From: Dicyema japonicum
Taxonomy: Eukaryota > Animalia > Dicyemida
Direction of reading: 5' to 3'
NCBI GenBank assembly: GCA_011109175.1
Contig: RDEW01000031.1
Span: 392,527-456,526 of the forward strand
DNA: 64,000 bases
Below are positions 63,630 to 64,000 of this stretch, in pieces. The notes below the pieces were generated by a model. It worked only from the letters and a program-made list of their open reading frames with translations. It ran no database searches and had not been told where the DNA came from. Made by a program: the position numbers and the translations under genes. Position 1 is the first letter of the stretch, and each line of letters starts with the position of its first letter.

Positions 63630-63850
63630 ACAAAGACCAATGCTAACCAAACTAACTAACTCCTCGATCCTGACTTGCTCCAGCATTTCAGAACTTGTCA
63701 CTAGGAAGCGACGCTGTCCTCGGGGAAGAGTTGTTGAATCCTCTTGATGCCGGCCAAGCATTGGGCGCCTCCTCAGTAAGGTCCATTTACGCAAGCGAAA
63801 ATAAGGAAAATAATTTTGACAAACTATTCACGTAGCACCACATGGCGCCA
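63630..63850 (-). repeat. LINE-tailed ~230-bp repeat, copy downstream of ACP
   Basis: Direct repeat of 62470-62695. Confidence 0.7.
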
Positions 63851-64000
63851 CGTGATGATCATCGATTACACATGATGCCACATTAGATAATATTGTTCGT
63901 TATCTCAGCTATAATCGATTAGCACATGCCATGTCTCAGTGGGACAGATTTAGAACTTGGATTGTTCTCGTCAGTAGGGTTTTCTTAGTTTTAATTATTC

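Noticed and set aside
1-64000. CRISPR arrays, prokaryotic operons, rRNA or an alternative genetic code
   Set aside because: There are no regularly spaced repeats or rRNA-like segments, and apparent in-frame stops in host genes are all explained by micro-introns under the standard code

Overview
AT-rich eukaryotic (metazoan-type) nuclear scaffold with one 841-N gap and several single-N joins that carry duplicated flanks. Six host genes can be rebuilt by hand: OSBPL9/ORP9, EAF, a secretory-pathway multi-EF-hand protein, a four-domain C-type-lectin membrane protein, NCBP3 and mitochondrial acyl carrier protein (NDUFAB1). Together they contain 39 ultra-short GT-AG introns of 22-35 nt with almost no donor consensus. 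This points to a lineage with miniaturised introns (dicyemid/orthonectid- or myxozoan-like), but the taxon cannot be fixed from this window. The rest is a dense, often nested graveyard of decayed transposons: Ingi/Vingi-like, RTE, CRE-clade and CR1/Jockey-like LINEs, two tRNA-derived SINE families, and hAT, pogo/Tigger, Tc1 and MULE remnants. The most interesting signals are in the Ingi/Vingi-like LINEs: an HDV-like ribozyme fold at the 5' end with covariation between two copies, a 2A/StopGo motif directly before the endonuclease, and a covarying 3'-terminal hairpin shared by 11 diverged copies. There is also a SINE with a twin-priming-type 5' inversion inside a perfect 15-bp TSD. All alignments, folds and counts were done by eye, and TE boundaries are approximate unless a TSD or TIR is quoted.
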